Positions 28,422 to 38,526 of a stretch of DNA of 64,000 nt are shown piece after piece. The notes under the pieces are model-generated. The model made no database searches. It saw only the letters and a list, made by a program, of their open reading frames with translations, and was not told where the DNA came from. This DNA is from Bdellovibrionales bacterium RIFOXYC1_FULL_37_79 (GTDB lineage: Bacteria > Bdellovibrionota > Bacteriovoracia > Bacteriovoracales > Bacteriovoracaceae). The DNA lies in NCBI GenBank assembly GCA_001770015.1, contig MEQB01000021.1, positions 35,064 through 99,063 on the forward strand. The letters are read 5' to 3'. A program made the translations under genes and the position numbers. Numbering within the stretch: the stretch's first letter is position 1; each line of letters starts with the position of its first letter.

Positions 28422-30199
28422 TCCCTTTTGTTTCCCTTAGTATAGGTTTTTTTAATATCAGTTTTTACAAAACCTTCTTGCATCTTTTTATCTTTATCCA
28501 TGATCTGTTTTAAAACAGTTGGAATACTGATCATTTTTCTTTGCTTTGCAATCTCCCCTTCTTTCTCTTTTAAATTCTGATTTTTTTTCATTTTTTCATC
28601 AGAGTCATCTGGAGAGTTTTCTTGTTTTTTTTGTGCATCATTTGAATGTTTCATCTGATTATCTGATTTTTGCTTTCCCTTCTCCTGATCATTATCGCCT
28701 TTTTGATTATCGGTATCTTTTTTGTCATTTTTCTGGTTTTGCTCATTGGATGATTTATTGTTCTGATTTTCCTGCTCCTTTTTTTCCTTTTTATCATCCC
28801 CTTTATTGCCCTGATTATTTTTTTCATTTTCTTTTGCCATAAGAAATATAATATTTTTTCTAAGCTTAGACAGCATGTCTTTGGATTTTACATCTGCACC
28901 ATGGTTTAACCGTTTACCCAAGTACAGCGCTTCTACCGCCCCTTCCTCAAATTTATTATTCATCATCAAAACCGTTACATAATTAAAATAAATATCATTT
29001 TCCTGGTCAAAGTTCTTTAGACCAACTTCCCTATAGAGTTTTTCCGAATCTTCATAATTTTTTTCGTGAATAAAAAACTCCGCCAATTTTAATTTATTTA
29101 TTTTTGAAATTGAACCGCGTTTTAGCTGATCAAGCAAGTCTTGCTTAAATGGATCATTGGCTGCCAAAGTAATTTTAGCAAATACCATCAAACAGATGAC
29201 TATCATCTTTGTAGAAAACGTCCTGCTCAAACTCAAAAGCGAAGAAAGTGCTATCAGCACAATACTGACAATAACCACATAGTGCCCCCAAACTGGTCGG
29301 ACTTGAATGTTTTTATCTGCCAATTTCTTTTCATAATTTTTTGAAAAAAAATCAACAATTTCCTCGGTAGGAAGATCCATGGTTCCTATCAACCAAATTT
29401 TAGCATCTAGAACTTCCTTACTTAAAAATTCCATAAAATTTGTATCAAGCTTAGTTATAACTTTGTCGTTATGGTATGTTTTATATCTATAAAAATTTCC
29501 TTCTGGACTTCTAATCGGTATAGGAGCACCTTCCTTGGTACCTGCACCCACCAACCCTAATACTATATTTTCCGGGATAGTCAGGCTAAACCTTTCCTGA
29601 TTTTCAAAATCCGAAAAAATTAACATATTACCTTGACTACCTTTTACCGACTGGGGAAAATAATGAGCCGCCTCCACGATTGACCTTTTAATATCACTCC
29701 CGCCCGATATATTTTTTACCAAAAGCAAAGAGGATAATCTGGAATCTAGCAATTCAATATCATCAGTAAATGGTATTATCTGTCTTTGGGTATCGGAAAA
29801 AACCACAATTGATATTTGATGCCCCAATGCCTTTTTTATAAAATGCCTGGCAAGGACAATGGATTTTTCCAGCCGGCTGGGACGAATATCTTCTGCCATC
29901 ATACTCAATGACATATCTATCATAATAATCGTTTGCTGATCCTTGATAGAGACTTTGGCTTCCTCCACCGGACCTCTAAGATCCAAAGTGGAAAAAATCA
30001 AACCTGTATATCCTAGCAATAAAAAAAATGTGCCGACATAGCTTTTAAAAGATCTATCAAAAAACCAATATTTTTTTACCCATTGAAAATACCTTTTTTC
30101 ATGTAACAAAATTGCAAATATAAAAATCAGCATTATTGCAATCACATATTTTACATGTGCCACGTATAAGATACTCAAGCTCCCTCTCTGGTAATCCAT
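28415..30199 (-). CDS. VWA-domain protein fused to a TPR region (BatB/BatC-like) with a lysine/asparagine/glutamine/aspartate-rich tail
   Basis: N-terminal TM helices, then a VWA MIDAS motif (IMIDMSLSM), a central TM and TPR-like helices (EKNYEDSEKLYREVG...). The C-terminal low-complexity tract of about 110 aa is exemplified by NEKNNQGNKGDDKKEKKEQENQNNK. Confidence 0.75.
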   Translation of the reverse strand: MDYQRGSLSILYVAHVKYVIAIMLIFIFAILLHEKRYFQWVKKYWFFDRSFKSYVGTFFLLLGYTGLIFSTLDLRGPVEEAKVSIKDQQTIIMIDMSLSMMAEDIRPSRLEKSIVLARHFIKKALGHQISIVVFSDTQRQIIPFTDDIELLDSRLSSLLLVKNISGGSDIKRSIVEAAHYFPQSVKGSQGNMLIFSDFENQERFSLTIPENIVLGLVGAGTKEGAPIPIRSPEGNFYRYKTYHNDKVITKLDTNFMEFLSKEVLDAKIWLIGTMDLPTEEIVDFFSKNYEKKLADKNIQVRPVWGHYVVIVSIVLIALSSLLSLSRTFSTKMIVICLMVFAKITLAANDPFKQDLLDQLKRGSISKINKLKLAEFFIHEKNYEDSEKLYREVGLKNFDQENDIYFNYVTVLMMNNKFEEGAVEALYLGKRLNHGADVKSKDMLSKLRKNIIFLMAKENEKNNQGNKGDDKKEKKEQENQNNKSSNEQNQKNDKKDTDNQKGDNDQEKGKQKSDNQMKHSNDAQKKQENSPDDSDEKMKKNQNLKEKEGEIAKQRKMISIPTVLKQIMDKDKKMQEGFVKTDIKKTYTKGNKRDW

Positions 30200-31155
30200 C
30201 GCCGGCTTATTTCACAGATTAACATCAAAATCACTCCCATGATCAAGTATTTTATATATAATTCGTCATAGATAATTTTCCCATATGTTTTAATTTTTGA
30301 TTTTTCAATATTTTGAATTGAGGAAAATATTTTTTTTAAACTATTTTCATCTTCCGCATAGAAGTGATGGCCACCCGTAATTTTTGATATTTCCTGAAGT
30401 GTTTTTAAATCCACACTTCCCCCAGGTAGTGGAATAAGCGTAACTTCCCCAGTTACCCGGTTTTTTTGCGGCAACAGAGCATTTTTATCACTGCCAATAC
30501 CAATGGTATAAATTTTAAGATTTTGCTTTCTAGCTTCCTCAGCAGCTTCTAAAGGAGTCATACTCCCGACATTATTGACTCCATCTGTAAGTAAAATAGC
30601 TATCTTGTTTTTAGCTAACGACGTTCCTGCCCTACCAGCCGTAAGTCCAATCGCATCCCCTATATTGGTTCCACTACTTAAGTCAAAATCTCCAATTTTG
30701 TCAGCCATTTTAATGACTAAATTAAAATCCGTGGTAAGCGGCAACAATGTAAAAGCACTTTCAGCAAAAATAATAATAGCAATCCGGTCTTCTTTCCTTT
30801 CATGCATAAATTGTTTAATTTTGGCTTTGGCCACTTCAAGACGGTTGGGCTTGAAATCGATTGCCTGCATTGAATTGGAAACATCTACAATAAAATAAAT
30901 ATCAATCACGTCAATTTCATTTTCTACCCCCGCCAAAGGTTTTCGGGGGCCCATGATAGATATGGTTATAAATACCCACCCAATCATTCCAATTAAAAAA
31001 ATAATTCCTCTGCGCAAAATCCTTTTATTTCCAATAAATCTTTTAGGAATTATCAATTGAGCTTTTTTGGTTATCTTAAAATAAGCAATACTCCAGATAA
31101 ATGCACAGACCAGACCTAAATATAATAAATCTGGATTTCTATACAACACGGCCAC
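30175..31155 (-). CDS. batA: VWA-domain membrane protein BatA-like
   Basis: Two N-terminal TM helices, a VWA domain with MIDAS DVSNSM and the TDGVNN motif, and a C-terminal TM helix. Confidence 0.85.
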   Translation of the reverse strand: MAVLYRNPDLLYLGLVCAFIWSIAYFKITKKAQLIIPKRFIGNKRILRRGIIFLIGMIGWVFITISIMGPRKPLAGVENEIDVIDIYFIVDVSNSMQAIDFKPNRLEVAKAKIKQFMHERKEDRIAIIIFAESAFTLLPLTTDFNLVIKMADKIGDFDLSSGTNIGDAIGLTAGRAGTSLAKNKIAILLTDGVNNVGSMTPLEAAEEARKQNLKIYTIGIGSDKNALLPQKNRVTGEVTLIPLPGGSVDLKTLQEISKITGGHHFYAEDENSLKKIFSSIQNIEKSKIKTYGKIIYDELYIKYLIMGVILMLICEISRRWITREGA

Positions 31156-31933
31156 TCTCCATAAAACATACTCTTATTTTTTTTGTTGTATTGACTGCTA
31201 AATCCAAATCGTGACTGGTCCAATTTTTTTTATACTGCATTTGATTTATACATTTCAAATACTCATCATACATTTCGAGATTATTTATATATTTTTCCCA
31301 TTTCTTTTTTTCCTGATAGATTTGCTCGATTCCCTCCCGAGTATCATAACTATCTAGTAATTTTATACAAAACTGCTTTTCATCATCATGATTTAATATT
31401 TTTTTTTGCTTTTTTCTACGCAAAATTAGATAGGTTAATCCCAGTACTCCCAAGCAAACAACCAACCCGCCAATGGCATAAATGACATGTGTATTGGAAT
31501 CTTTCCGTTGTGATAGAACAATTAACTCATTTATGCGTTCGTCAGTTTGATTAAAGACAAAGTCATCCATTTTAAAGTCAATTACTAAATCTTCATTTTT
31601 CCAAGTCAGCCTGTCAGTAGTTGGTTTTTTTAATAAAACAAATAGACCAATCATCTCTAAAAGCTCATCGTTATTAATCGAAAATCCCATCTTATTTATT
31701 TTAAGAAGTTTTATTGACCCTTCCAAATTCAAACTTTTGAGAGCATCCTTGTGATATTCGTATTGATTTATAAATGGCCAAATCAATACTTTCCCTTCAA
31801 AAATATCACCCTCAACAATTGTCTTTCTATTTCCATCCAGGCTAGTAAATTTCCCTGAGACAACCCCACTATCACACCAGACATTTGATAAAAAAAATAA
31901 TATAAATACGGCCTGCAAATATCTAACTCTCAC
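31139..31933 (-). CDS. single-pass membrane protein between the DUF58 gene and batA (slot usually held by a DUF4381-type protein)
   Basis: Signal peptide, an extracytoplasmic domain of about 150 aa, a TM helix (AIGGLVVCLGVLGLTYLIL) followed by RRKKQKK, and a cytoplasmic helical tail. The call rests on operon position only. Confidence 0.5.
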   Translation of the reverse strand: MRVRYLQAVFILFFLSNVWCDSGVVSGKFTSLDGNRKTIVEGDIFEGKVLIWPFINQYEYHKDALKSLNLEGSIKLLKINKMGFSINNDELLEMIGLFVLLKKPTTDRLTWKNEDLVIDFKMDDFVFNQTDERINELIVLSQRKDSNTHVIYAIGGLVVCLGVLGLTYLILRRKKQKKILNHDDEKQFCIKLLDSYDTREGIEQIYQEKKKWEKYINNLEMYDEYLKCINQMQYKKNWTSHDLDLAVNTTKKIRVCFMESGRVV

Positions 31934-32775
31934 AACATTTCCTTAACAAAATCCTCTAAATACCTTTCACTAATCAGCAATTTTTTAATTTTTTTTCCAA
32001 GGCTTCCCTTCAATTCATCTTTATCATAAAAATGAACAACCCCACTTCTAGCTTTTTTCGTAGTCCTTTCACTACAATGAAGTAAATAAGGTAATTTTTT
32101 GGCAGAATCCAAAGGAGAAACCAATTGAAAACAATGAATATTTCTTTTGGAAACAATCCTTTTTAATGTTTCCTCGTCAAAAAAATCATTAAAATCTGAA
32201 AGAATCACTACTTCTTTTTTCTTATACAAGTACTTCATCAACACTGAAGCTTTTTCACGGAAAGTAACATCACGCATATGATTATAATGAATATTCACCT
32301 GACCATTTTCTTTTAAAATATTATTTTTTTGCAAGGTACTTACCAACGCAACGACACCTTCTTCGCCAGAAAGTTTAGGAAGACTGATAATGCTATCAGA
32401 AATTATAATAGCATGAACTTGATCATTGGTCTCTTTGGCAAGTAAATAAAGCAAAGAACAAATTTCTATCCCTACTTGCAATTTAGAAATATTATTGATG
32501 CCTGAAAACATGGTAGTCGATGCATCTAAAATAACCACTATCTCTACATTTCTTTCTTCATCAAAGGTTTTAATATAAGCACCATTGTTTTTTGCAATGA
32601 TCTTCCAATCAATAAAACGGACATCATCCCCTGGACAATAAACCCGATGTTCCTTGAATTGCAAACCACTTCCTTTAAAATGAGATTTTAACATTCCTAT
32701 GGAAAAACTATTTGAATTTTTAAACAATTGGGTTTTTAATCTGGAAACGGTTTTTTTAAGACTTAGTAAATCCAT
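31930..32775 (-). CDS. DUF58 family protein (MoxR-associated)
   Basis: Contains the DUF58 hallmark EHRVYCPGDDVRFIDWK followed by a VWA-like fold (VVILDAS). It lies directly downstream of moxR. Confidence 0.8.
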   Translation of the reverse strand: MDLLSLKKTVSRLKTQLFKNSNSFSIGMLKSHFKGSGLQFKEHRVYCPGDDVRFIDWKIIAKNNGAYIKTFDEERNVEIVVILDASTTMFSGINNISKLQVGIEICSLLYLLAKETNDQVHAIIISDSIISLPKLSGEEGVVALVSTLQKNNILKENGQVNIHYNHMRDVTFREKASVLMKYLYKKKEVVILSDFNDFFDEETLKRIVSKRNIHCFQLVSPLDSAKKLPYLLHCSERTTKKARSGVVHFYDKDELKGSLGKKIKKLLISERYLEDFVKEML

Positions 32776-32778
32776 GCT

Positions 32779-33729
32779 TTAAACCAGCGATGAAGCTATT
32801 TCCAATGCCACTTTGCCACTTTGAAGATTATCCACCGTTGCTTCATAGGTAAGAATAATCCGGTGACCTAAAACACTAGGAATAATTTTAAATAAGTGAT
32901 CGGGACTGACAAAATCCTTTCCATCCATAAATGCCATGAACTTGCCGATCTTATAAAGCCAGATTGAGGCCCGCGGTGATGCCCCTGCCAATACAGCTCC
33001 CTGTAGCCTTTTTGGAAATGTCGGACAATCTGGTCTGGTGGAATGTACTAGTTTGACTATCAGATTTTTTATTTTCGGATCAACATAAATTCCCTCCACC
33101 ACTTCTGCAATTTTTTCAATTTCTGTCGGATTTAAAATATTTTTAGTTTGAGCAATGGTTTCCTTTTTTAAATCAAGAATTTTAAGTTCAGCTTCCAGAC
33201 TTGGATAATCAACTTTAATTTTCATCATAAAACGATCCAGTTGAGCCTCAGGAAGTGGGTAGGTACCTTCCTGGTCAATAGGATTTTGAGTGGCCAAGAC
33301 CACGAACGGTCTGGTTAACGGATAAGTTGTTTCTCCAATGGTCACCTGTCTTTCTGCCATCCCTTCCAACAAGGCTGCTTGCACTTTCGCAGGAGAACGG
33401 TTGATTTCATCAGCAAGCAGTATTTGAGTAAATAGCGGGCCAAATTTGGTGGAAAATGTTTCACTTTTCTGACTGTAAATCATAGTCCCGATTAAATCCG
33501 AGGGAAGTAAGTCTGGAGTGAATTGGACTCTTTTAAATGAAAGATCGCAGAGCTTACTCATGACCGAAACAGCCAAAGTTTTTCCAAGCCCCGGCATGCC
33601 CTCTATTAACAAATGTCCCTCACAAATAAGTGCCGCCATTATGGCCTCTAACATCCAATCCTGCCCAAAGACCATTTTACTAGCGTTTTGTAACACATTA
33701 TCAATTTTTTCTCTTGCATCAAAAGCCAT
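32779..33729 (-). CDS. moxR: MoxR-family AAA+ ATPase
   Basis: 316 aa with Walker A GMPGLGKT, Walker B LLADEINR, and ...VLATQNPIDQEGTYPLPEAQLDRF, typical of MoxR. Confidence 0.93.
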   Translation of the reverse strand: MAFDAREKIDNVLQNASKMVFGQDWMLEAIMAALICEGHLLIEGMPGLGKTLAVSVMSKLCDLSFKRVQFTPDLLPSDLIGTMIYSQKSETFSTKFGPLFTQILLADEINRSPAKVQAALLEGMAERQVTIGETTYPLTRPFVVLATQNPIDQEGTYPLPEAQLDRFMMKIKVDYPSLEAELKILDLKKETIAQTKNILNPTEIEKIAEVVEGIYVDPKIKNLIVKLVHSTRPDCPTFPKRLQGAVLAGASPRASIWLYKIGKFMAFMDGKDFVSPDHLFKIIPSVLGHRIILTYEATVDNLQSGKVALEIASSLV

Positions 33730-33742
33730 ATTCTCCCTCTGG

Positions 33743-34951
33743 TTAATTATCCTCTAAGTAAAACAAAAGATACTTAAGATAATATCCTTTATTATCAAAA
33801 TCATTTATATTGTGATCACATCCTTGAATACCGATATCCACCAAGACACAGTTTTTATTTTGATTGACTGCATTTTCGTTAACAATAGTGGATAAATCAT
33901 TAAGCGAAACACCATATGTACAACTGGCACAAACAAGCAGTGCTTGGGGATTTAAAACCGGAATAATTTTTTTATATAATTTTCGATAACCTTTAAGAGC
34001 ATTATTAAGATTTTTTATGTCCTTGCTAAATGCCGGAGGGTCGCAAACAACCATATCATATTTTTTATTTTGCACCTTGAGCTGATCCAGGCAATCAAAA
34101 ACATCACCTCGAATATATTCAATCCCGTGCTCCAAATTACTCTTTTTAGCACAGCCAATTAATATGTCCTCGTAATCACCCTGATCGACAAAGGTGACAT
34201 GATCAAACCCACATCTTTTAAGATGCATGCCCCAACTACCTGTATAACAAAAAAGATCCAAACCCTGGATTTTGTTCCCATGATATTTACTTAAAAAGTT
34301 TTCCATTTTAGATCTATTTTGAGCATGATCAAAATAGAAGCCATTTTTTTGTATAGTCATAAACGGCAACGTAAAGTTAAAACCGTTATCATTAACTTCA
34401 ATCTGTAAAATGGATTCATGAGTACTGAAGGTGGGCAACACTTCATTTTTCCGGTTTTCAATTTTGTCTATGATCAAAGTTCTTTTACCAACCATCTGTT
34501 CAATATTTTGCTTTATAAAATCTCTAAATCTATCCAGTCCGGCGGTCTGTATCTGTATTAAAATACAGTTTAAATAGCTATCAACAATTAACCCCGGCAA
34601 AGCATCGTTAAAACCATATATTAGACGGTAATTGTCATCCTTTTTATAAAAATTTTTACGAAGCCGGATTGAACTATTTAAATTTTCCCAAATTACTTTT
34701 TCGGCAATTTGCTCTTCGGTTAATAAATTTAAATGAGCCTCCAAAATCGGTCTGACTATATAAGCCACCACTCCTCTAGTCGTTTTGGTATTAACAAATC
34801 CCAGATATTTCAAACCATCGGGGCATTCATAAAAAACCCATTCCCCTGGGATAAGCGAGGAAGGTAAAAAAATAAAATCTTTTTCGATAAGGATTCTTCC
34901 AGATCGAAAAAACGAAACATTGATATTTTTCTTTAACTTTAAATTTTGCAT
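33743..34951 (-). CDS. rlmI: SAM-dependent rRNA (cytosine-C5) methyltransferase, RlmI-like (PUA + MTase)
   Basis: 402 aa with a PUA-like N-terminus and a class I MTase core (GLDLFCYTGSWG ... DMVVCDPPAFSK). Architecture and length match RlmI/YccW. Confidence 0.75.
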   Translation of the reverse strand: MQNLKLKKNINVSFFRSGRILIEKDFIFLPSSLIPGEWVFYECPDGLKYLGFVNTKTTRGVVAYIVRPILEAHLNLLTEEQIAEKVIWENLNSSIRLRKNFYKKDDNYRLIYGFNDALPGLIVDSYLNCILIQIQTAGLDRFRDFIKQNIEQMVGKRTLIIDKIENRKNEVLPTFSTHESILQIEVNDNGFNFTLPFMTIQKNGFYFDHAQNRSKMENFLSKYHGNKIQGLDLFCYTGSWGMHLKRCGFDHVTFVDQGDYEDILIGCAKKSNLEHGIEYIRGDVFDCLDQLKVQNKKYDMVVCDPPAFSKDIKNLNNALKGYRKLYKKIIPVLNPQALLVCASCTYGVSLNDLSTIVNENAVNQNKNCVLVDIGIQGCDHNINDFDNKGYYLKYLLFYLEDN

Positions 34952-35024
34952 TTTTTTACCGGTTATTTATCCTAATTAATTTTAAACTCTATTTATTCTT
35001 TTACCAACAATTTTAAATGATCTT

Positions 35025-35048
35025 TAATTATCAACCGGTTGATAATTA
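35025..35048. repeat. perfect 24-nt palindrome TAATTATCAACC|GGTTGATAATTA
   Basis: All 12 base pairs of symmetry were verified by hand. It lies in the 150-bp gap between the stop of the 35103 gene and the rlmI start. No T-run follows it on either strand. Confidence 0.85.
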
Positions 35049-35102
35049 CTTATATGAGTAAGTCATGAAACTAATATATTAAGTTGTTATATTCTGCCCG
35101 TA

Positions 35103-35927
35103 TTACTTTTTTAAAAGATTCTGCTCGGCAGTCTCAATGGTTTTCTTTCCCCGTCCAGTGTTTACCTGATAATCGCTGAAGGTATAAATGCTTTCTATAT
35201 TTTTTGTTTTAGCATCCACACCAGGTGCTTTATAGTTAGTACTAATTATTATAGTCTCGGGAAGTCCAAAGCCATTTTCTTCCAGATAATTAAATTTATG
35301 ATTAATTGTGGTGGTAACATTATTCATATTTGTTACTTCTGAAAGCAGTTCATCAAGCACCCACTGCCCCTTACTCCACTTTTTCTTATTCATTTGCAAC
35401 TTGGAGATATTGACCCCCATAGTACCCATACTTTTCACACTTAATAACCTACCTTTATTATCAAATATTAACTGAAGCTCTCTTTGTGGATTTTTTCCGG
35501 TTTTATCTTCCCCGTTATATATTTTTTGATTTTGCTCCACCTTGGAAGTGAAGGTATATCCTCTCATTTGAGGTGCCAGCTTCTGGGGTATAACGAAATC
35601 CATTCTGGTTTTGACCATTTGACGTAACATCTCCACCCGGTCATCAAATCCCTTGGGTATCCCGTTAACTTCTATCTTATATTTACCTGGATACATCCAA
35701 AAAACTTGAAAATATAAATTTTCCACCTTCCCAAATATTTTTTCTCGGGTTAATTCCTCTTCCAAACCAGATATTTTAATCTTAAATACCAAGTCCCTGA
35801 GACCAAATTCTTCGGGATGATAATATTGACTATCAAAATATTCAATCTTTTGAATGTCTGCAAAAACATAAAAAGATATGCACCATCCAAACAACAAAAA
35901 TAATTTTTTAAAACTGCCCTTATTCAT
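35103..35927 (-). CDS. hypothetical exported protein (274 aa)
   Basis: I use the ATG at 35927 (MNKGSFKKLFLLFGWCISFYVFA, a signal peptide), preceded by GGGGAG. It forms an ATGA overlap with the stop of the NFACT gene. The track's upstream TTG start is rejected. Confidence 0.6.
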   Translation of the reverse strand: MNKGSFKKLFLLFGWCISFYVFADIQKIEYFDSQYYHPEEFGLRDLVFKIKISGLEEELTREKIFGKVENLYFQVFWMYPGKYKIEVNGIPKGFDDRVEMLRQMVKTRMDFVIPQKLAPQMRGYTFTSKVEQNQKIYNGEDKTGKNPQRELQLIFDNKGRLLSVKSMGTMGVNISKLQMNKKKWSKGQWVLDELLSEVTNMNNVTTTINHKFNYLEENGFGLPETIIISTNYKAPGVDAKTKNIESIYTFSDYQVNTGRGKKTIETAEQNLLKK

Positions 35928-37309
35928 ATTTTGCTCCCCTGAATTAATATCATTTTTTGTTTCCAATCCCTATCATACCATATTGTAACAAATTTTGTTT
36001 TTTTACAAATAACTTTTCCCGGTGAACCTTTAACTCCTTTTAAATTTTTGACCAAACTATACACCATTGGCACTTTCTCATCCTTGTAAGAAGAGTATTC
36101 CTTCAATATCGAACCAATCAGCTCAAGTTGCTTGGGAGACAAATTGACAAGATCATTCACCTTGACCACCACATGTGCGCTGGGTTGTCCCTCAATGTGA
36201 AACCACAGATCTTGAGGTTTGGCCCACAAAATTCGCAATTGATCATTACCTTTGGCACTATATCCTATTCCTATTTGAATTTTATCCATTAGAAAATAAT
36301 CTATATCCGGTTTCTCATTTTTATCTTTTATATTTTCAACTTTTCCACTTTTCCATACAGGTGCAATCGGTGAATAAGGTGCCGTGCTTTTCACTATTAA
36401 TTTAGTTTTTTGTTCCTCTATTTCAAGATTTTTCAATCTTTGCAGTTGTATCTCATAACCTTTTTTAAGTTTTTTAAGTTTTTTATAAACCAGATCCAAT
36501 CTTTGATAATGTGTTTGACCTTCAAAAAATTTTATTGCGATATCATCCACTGTGAGATTTTGATATTGAGTCAAGTCCAAACCGGGTGTCTCAATGGCCG
36601 TTTTAAACTTGGTCCATTTTAGATTTTTTTCTAGGTCATTTAAAATTCTTCCTTTTTTTCTTTCCAGCTTTTGATGAATTTTTCTTTGTATCTTTGGACT
36701 ATTGTAAATCTCTGCAAGAAAATCTATATACGATGAATAATCAGCTTCTTGTCCGCTTTTTTTAATAAAAAAATTATCCGGTAGTTGGGAAAAACCCAAT
36801 TCTGCAAAGTGTTCCAGATTAAATTTGTCAACTAATGAAGTTTTTTGATTCCAGGATTTAAACAGATGATATGCTCCTTCAACTTTATAAATATTTGAGA
36901 AAAACAAATTGTTTCCTTTCCAAAAAAAAGAAAATGCACCCTGATGTTCTGCTGATTGATATTTTATTGTTAAAATTCTATCTTGCTCAAAACAGGAAAT
37001 TTCTAAAATTCTGGAATCACCCAAATATTTCCTCAAATAACTTAAAAACTTGTCAGTTGACCTATATTTGGATTCAACATTTTTTTCAAAAAGATACATA
37101 CCCTCAAATCTTTTTCCCCTGCCCAGATAAATATACTTCGTCAACCGGGGAAAACGGACAACCAGGATAATAAAATGCAAACTACTAAAAATTTTTTGAA
37201 TTTGTGGTTTTGAAGAGGCAGCACCGGTCATTTGATTATAATCATTTACCGAGTCATTTAAGATTGACCATGATTGAACAAAATTCACTGCTTTCACCAT
37301 TTTTATCAA
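35924..37309 (-). CDS. NFACT-family protein (FbpA/RqcH-like, contains DUF814/NFACT-R)
   Basis: NFACT-N-like segment with the DR motif (LRKYLGDSRILEISCFEQDRILTIKY), central coiled-coil segments, and a C-terminal DUF814-type segment (DLWFHIEGQPSAHVVVK). Confidence 0.75.
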   Translation of the reverse strand: MIKMVKAVNFVQSWSILNDSVNDYNQMTGAASSKPQIQKIFSSLHFIILVVRFPRLTKYIYLGRGKRFEGMYLFEKNVESKYRSTDKFLSYLRKYLGDSRILEISCFEQDRILTIKYQSAEHQGAFSFFWKGNNLFFSNIYKVEGAYHLFKSWNQKTSLVDKFNLEHFAELGFSQLPDNFFIKKSGQEADYSSYIDFLAEIYNSPKIQRKIHQKLERKKGRILNDLEKNLKWTKFKTAIETPGLDLTQYQNLTVDDIAIKFFEGQTHYQRLDLVYKKLKKLKKGYEIQLQRLKNLEIEEQKTKLIVKSTAPYSPIAPVWKSGKVENIKDKNEKPDIDYFLMDKIQIGIGYSAKGNDQLRILWAKPQDLWFHIEGQPSAHVVVKVNDLVNLSPKQLELIGSILKEYSSYKDEKVPMVYSLVKNLKGVKGSPGKVICKKTKFVTIWYDRDWKQKMILIQGSKI

Positions 37310-38526
37310 TTAATCGGGCTTAACTTACTATAATAAAATTCAATTATCTTCCTAACCAGATAGGTTGATTTAATATACCACTTTTCCTTGTTAATATTCA
37401 TCACGCATATGGAAATTCCTTGACCTGCCTTGTTTCCCGGAATCGCAAAAGCGGTCAACCAATCCCTTTTCCCGTAGGGCAATCCCCCGGTGATACTGCC
37501 AGTTTTTCCTCCAATTATTAAGCTTTCTTTCAAACCGTGCTGCATTTTATCCCACACACTTCGAGCAGTTCCCTTCCTGGCGGTATAGGACATTAAATAT
37601 TCAAGATCCACTGCGGTTTCATTGCTGACCGCCCTGACTTGTCGGCTGGGATTTGTCCAGATGGTTTCCCCTGTTTTGGGATCAATTATTTTTTCCACGA
37701 CTTTGGGATATTTTAAAACTCCCTTATTGGCAACAATGGTCGATAACAAGGCACCATGAATCGGACTGATTTGAGTATCTCGATTTAAACCTGAGGCATA
37801 TTCAGCCAGATTATACTGATCTTCAGGCATGTTAAAAACCGACTTTGCCATTTTAACTTCTCTAAAAAGCTCGGTATTGAAACCAAAAAATTTGGCCATC
37901 TTAGAGATACCGTTGCCTGACAGATAATCAACAGCGGCTTTGCCAAAAACAACATTATTGGAAAGCGCAAAGGCATGCTTGAAAGTCAAAAACTTGGTCC
38001 ATCTGTTAATCTTATCCTTAAGCTGATATTTATAAAGAGTCGAACCACGTCCATTCACCGCAAACATACTTTCTGTATCAATTTTGCCCTTTTCCAATAA
38101 CTCGGCTGCCGTGACAATTTTTATCAAGCTAGCTGAAGGATGAGTTGAGGTAAACGGCAAATGAGACAAAAATCTTTTTCCTGCCCTCTCATAACCAACA
38201 GCGGATAGAACATTTCCAGAATTATTATCAATAACCGTGACAATCGTATAGTCAGCTGCTTTTTCCTTGATCAGCTTTTGAATATATTTGGTAAGCTCTT
38301 CGTTAAAAGTATAGACGATTTTATATTCATCATCTTCACTAGTCATAACTTCCGGCCATCCCTGGTTATCATTTTCAAGCGCCTTGGATAAATTTTTAGC
38401 CAGTAAGCTCTCGTGAAGTTTAAAAAAAGCGTCCTCTTGTTTATTCTTTAAAAAAAAGAAACTTCCTAGACATGTCGAGGATACAAAAATAATTAAAATA
38501 ACCGGTTTGGAAATACTAAACTTCAT
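37306..38526 (-). CDS. membrane-anchored penicillin-binding (transpeptidase/beta-lactamase-fold) protein
   Basis: N-terminal TM helix plus the three acyl-serine transferase motifs in order: SxxK (SASLIK), SxN (ALSNNV), KTG (GGKTGS). It shares 4-nt overlaps with both neighbours. Confidence 0.7.
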   Translation of the reverse strand: MKFSISKPVILIIFVSSTCLGSFFFLKNKQEDAFFKLHESLLAKNLSKALENDNQGWPEVMTSEDDEYKIVYTFNEELTKYIQKLIKEKAADYTIVTVIDNNSGNVLSAVGYERAGKRFLSHLPFTSTHPSASLIKIVTAAELLEKGKIDTESMFAVNGRGSTLYKYQLKDKINRWTKFLTFKHAFALSNNVVFGKAAVDYLSGNGISKMAKFFGFNTELFREVKMAKSVFNMPEDQYNLAEYASGLNRDTQISPIHGALLSTIVANKGVLKYPKVVEKIIDPKTGETIWTNPSRQVRAVSNETAVDLEYLMSYTARKGTARSVWDKMQHGLKESLIIGGKTGSITGGLPYGKRDWLTAFAIPGNKAGQGISICVMNINKEKWYIKSTYLVRKIIEFYYSKLSPIN

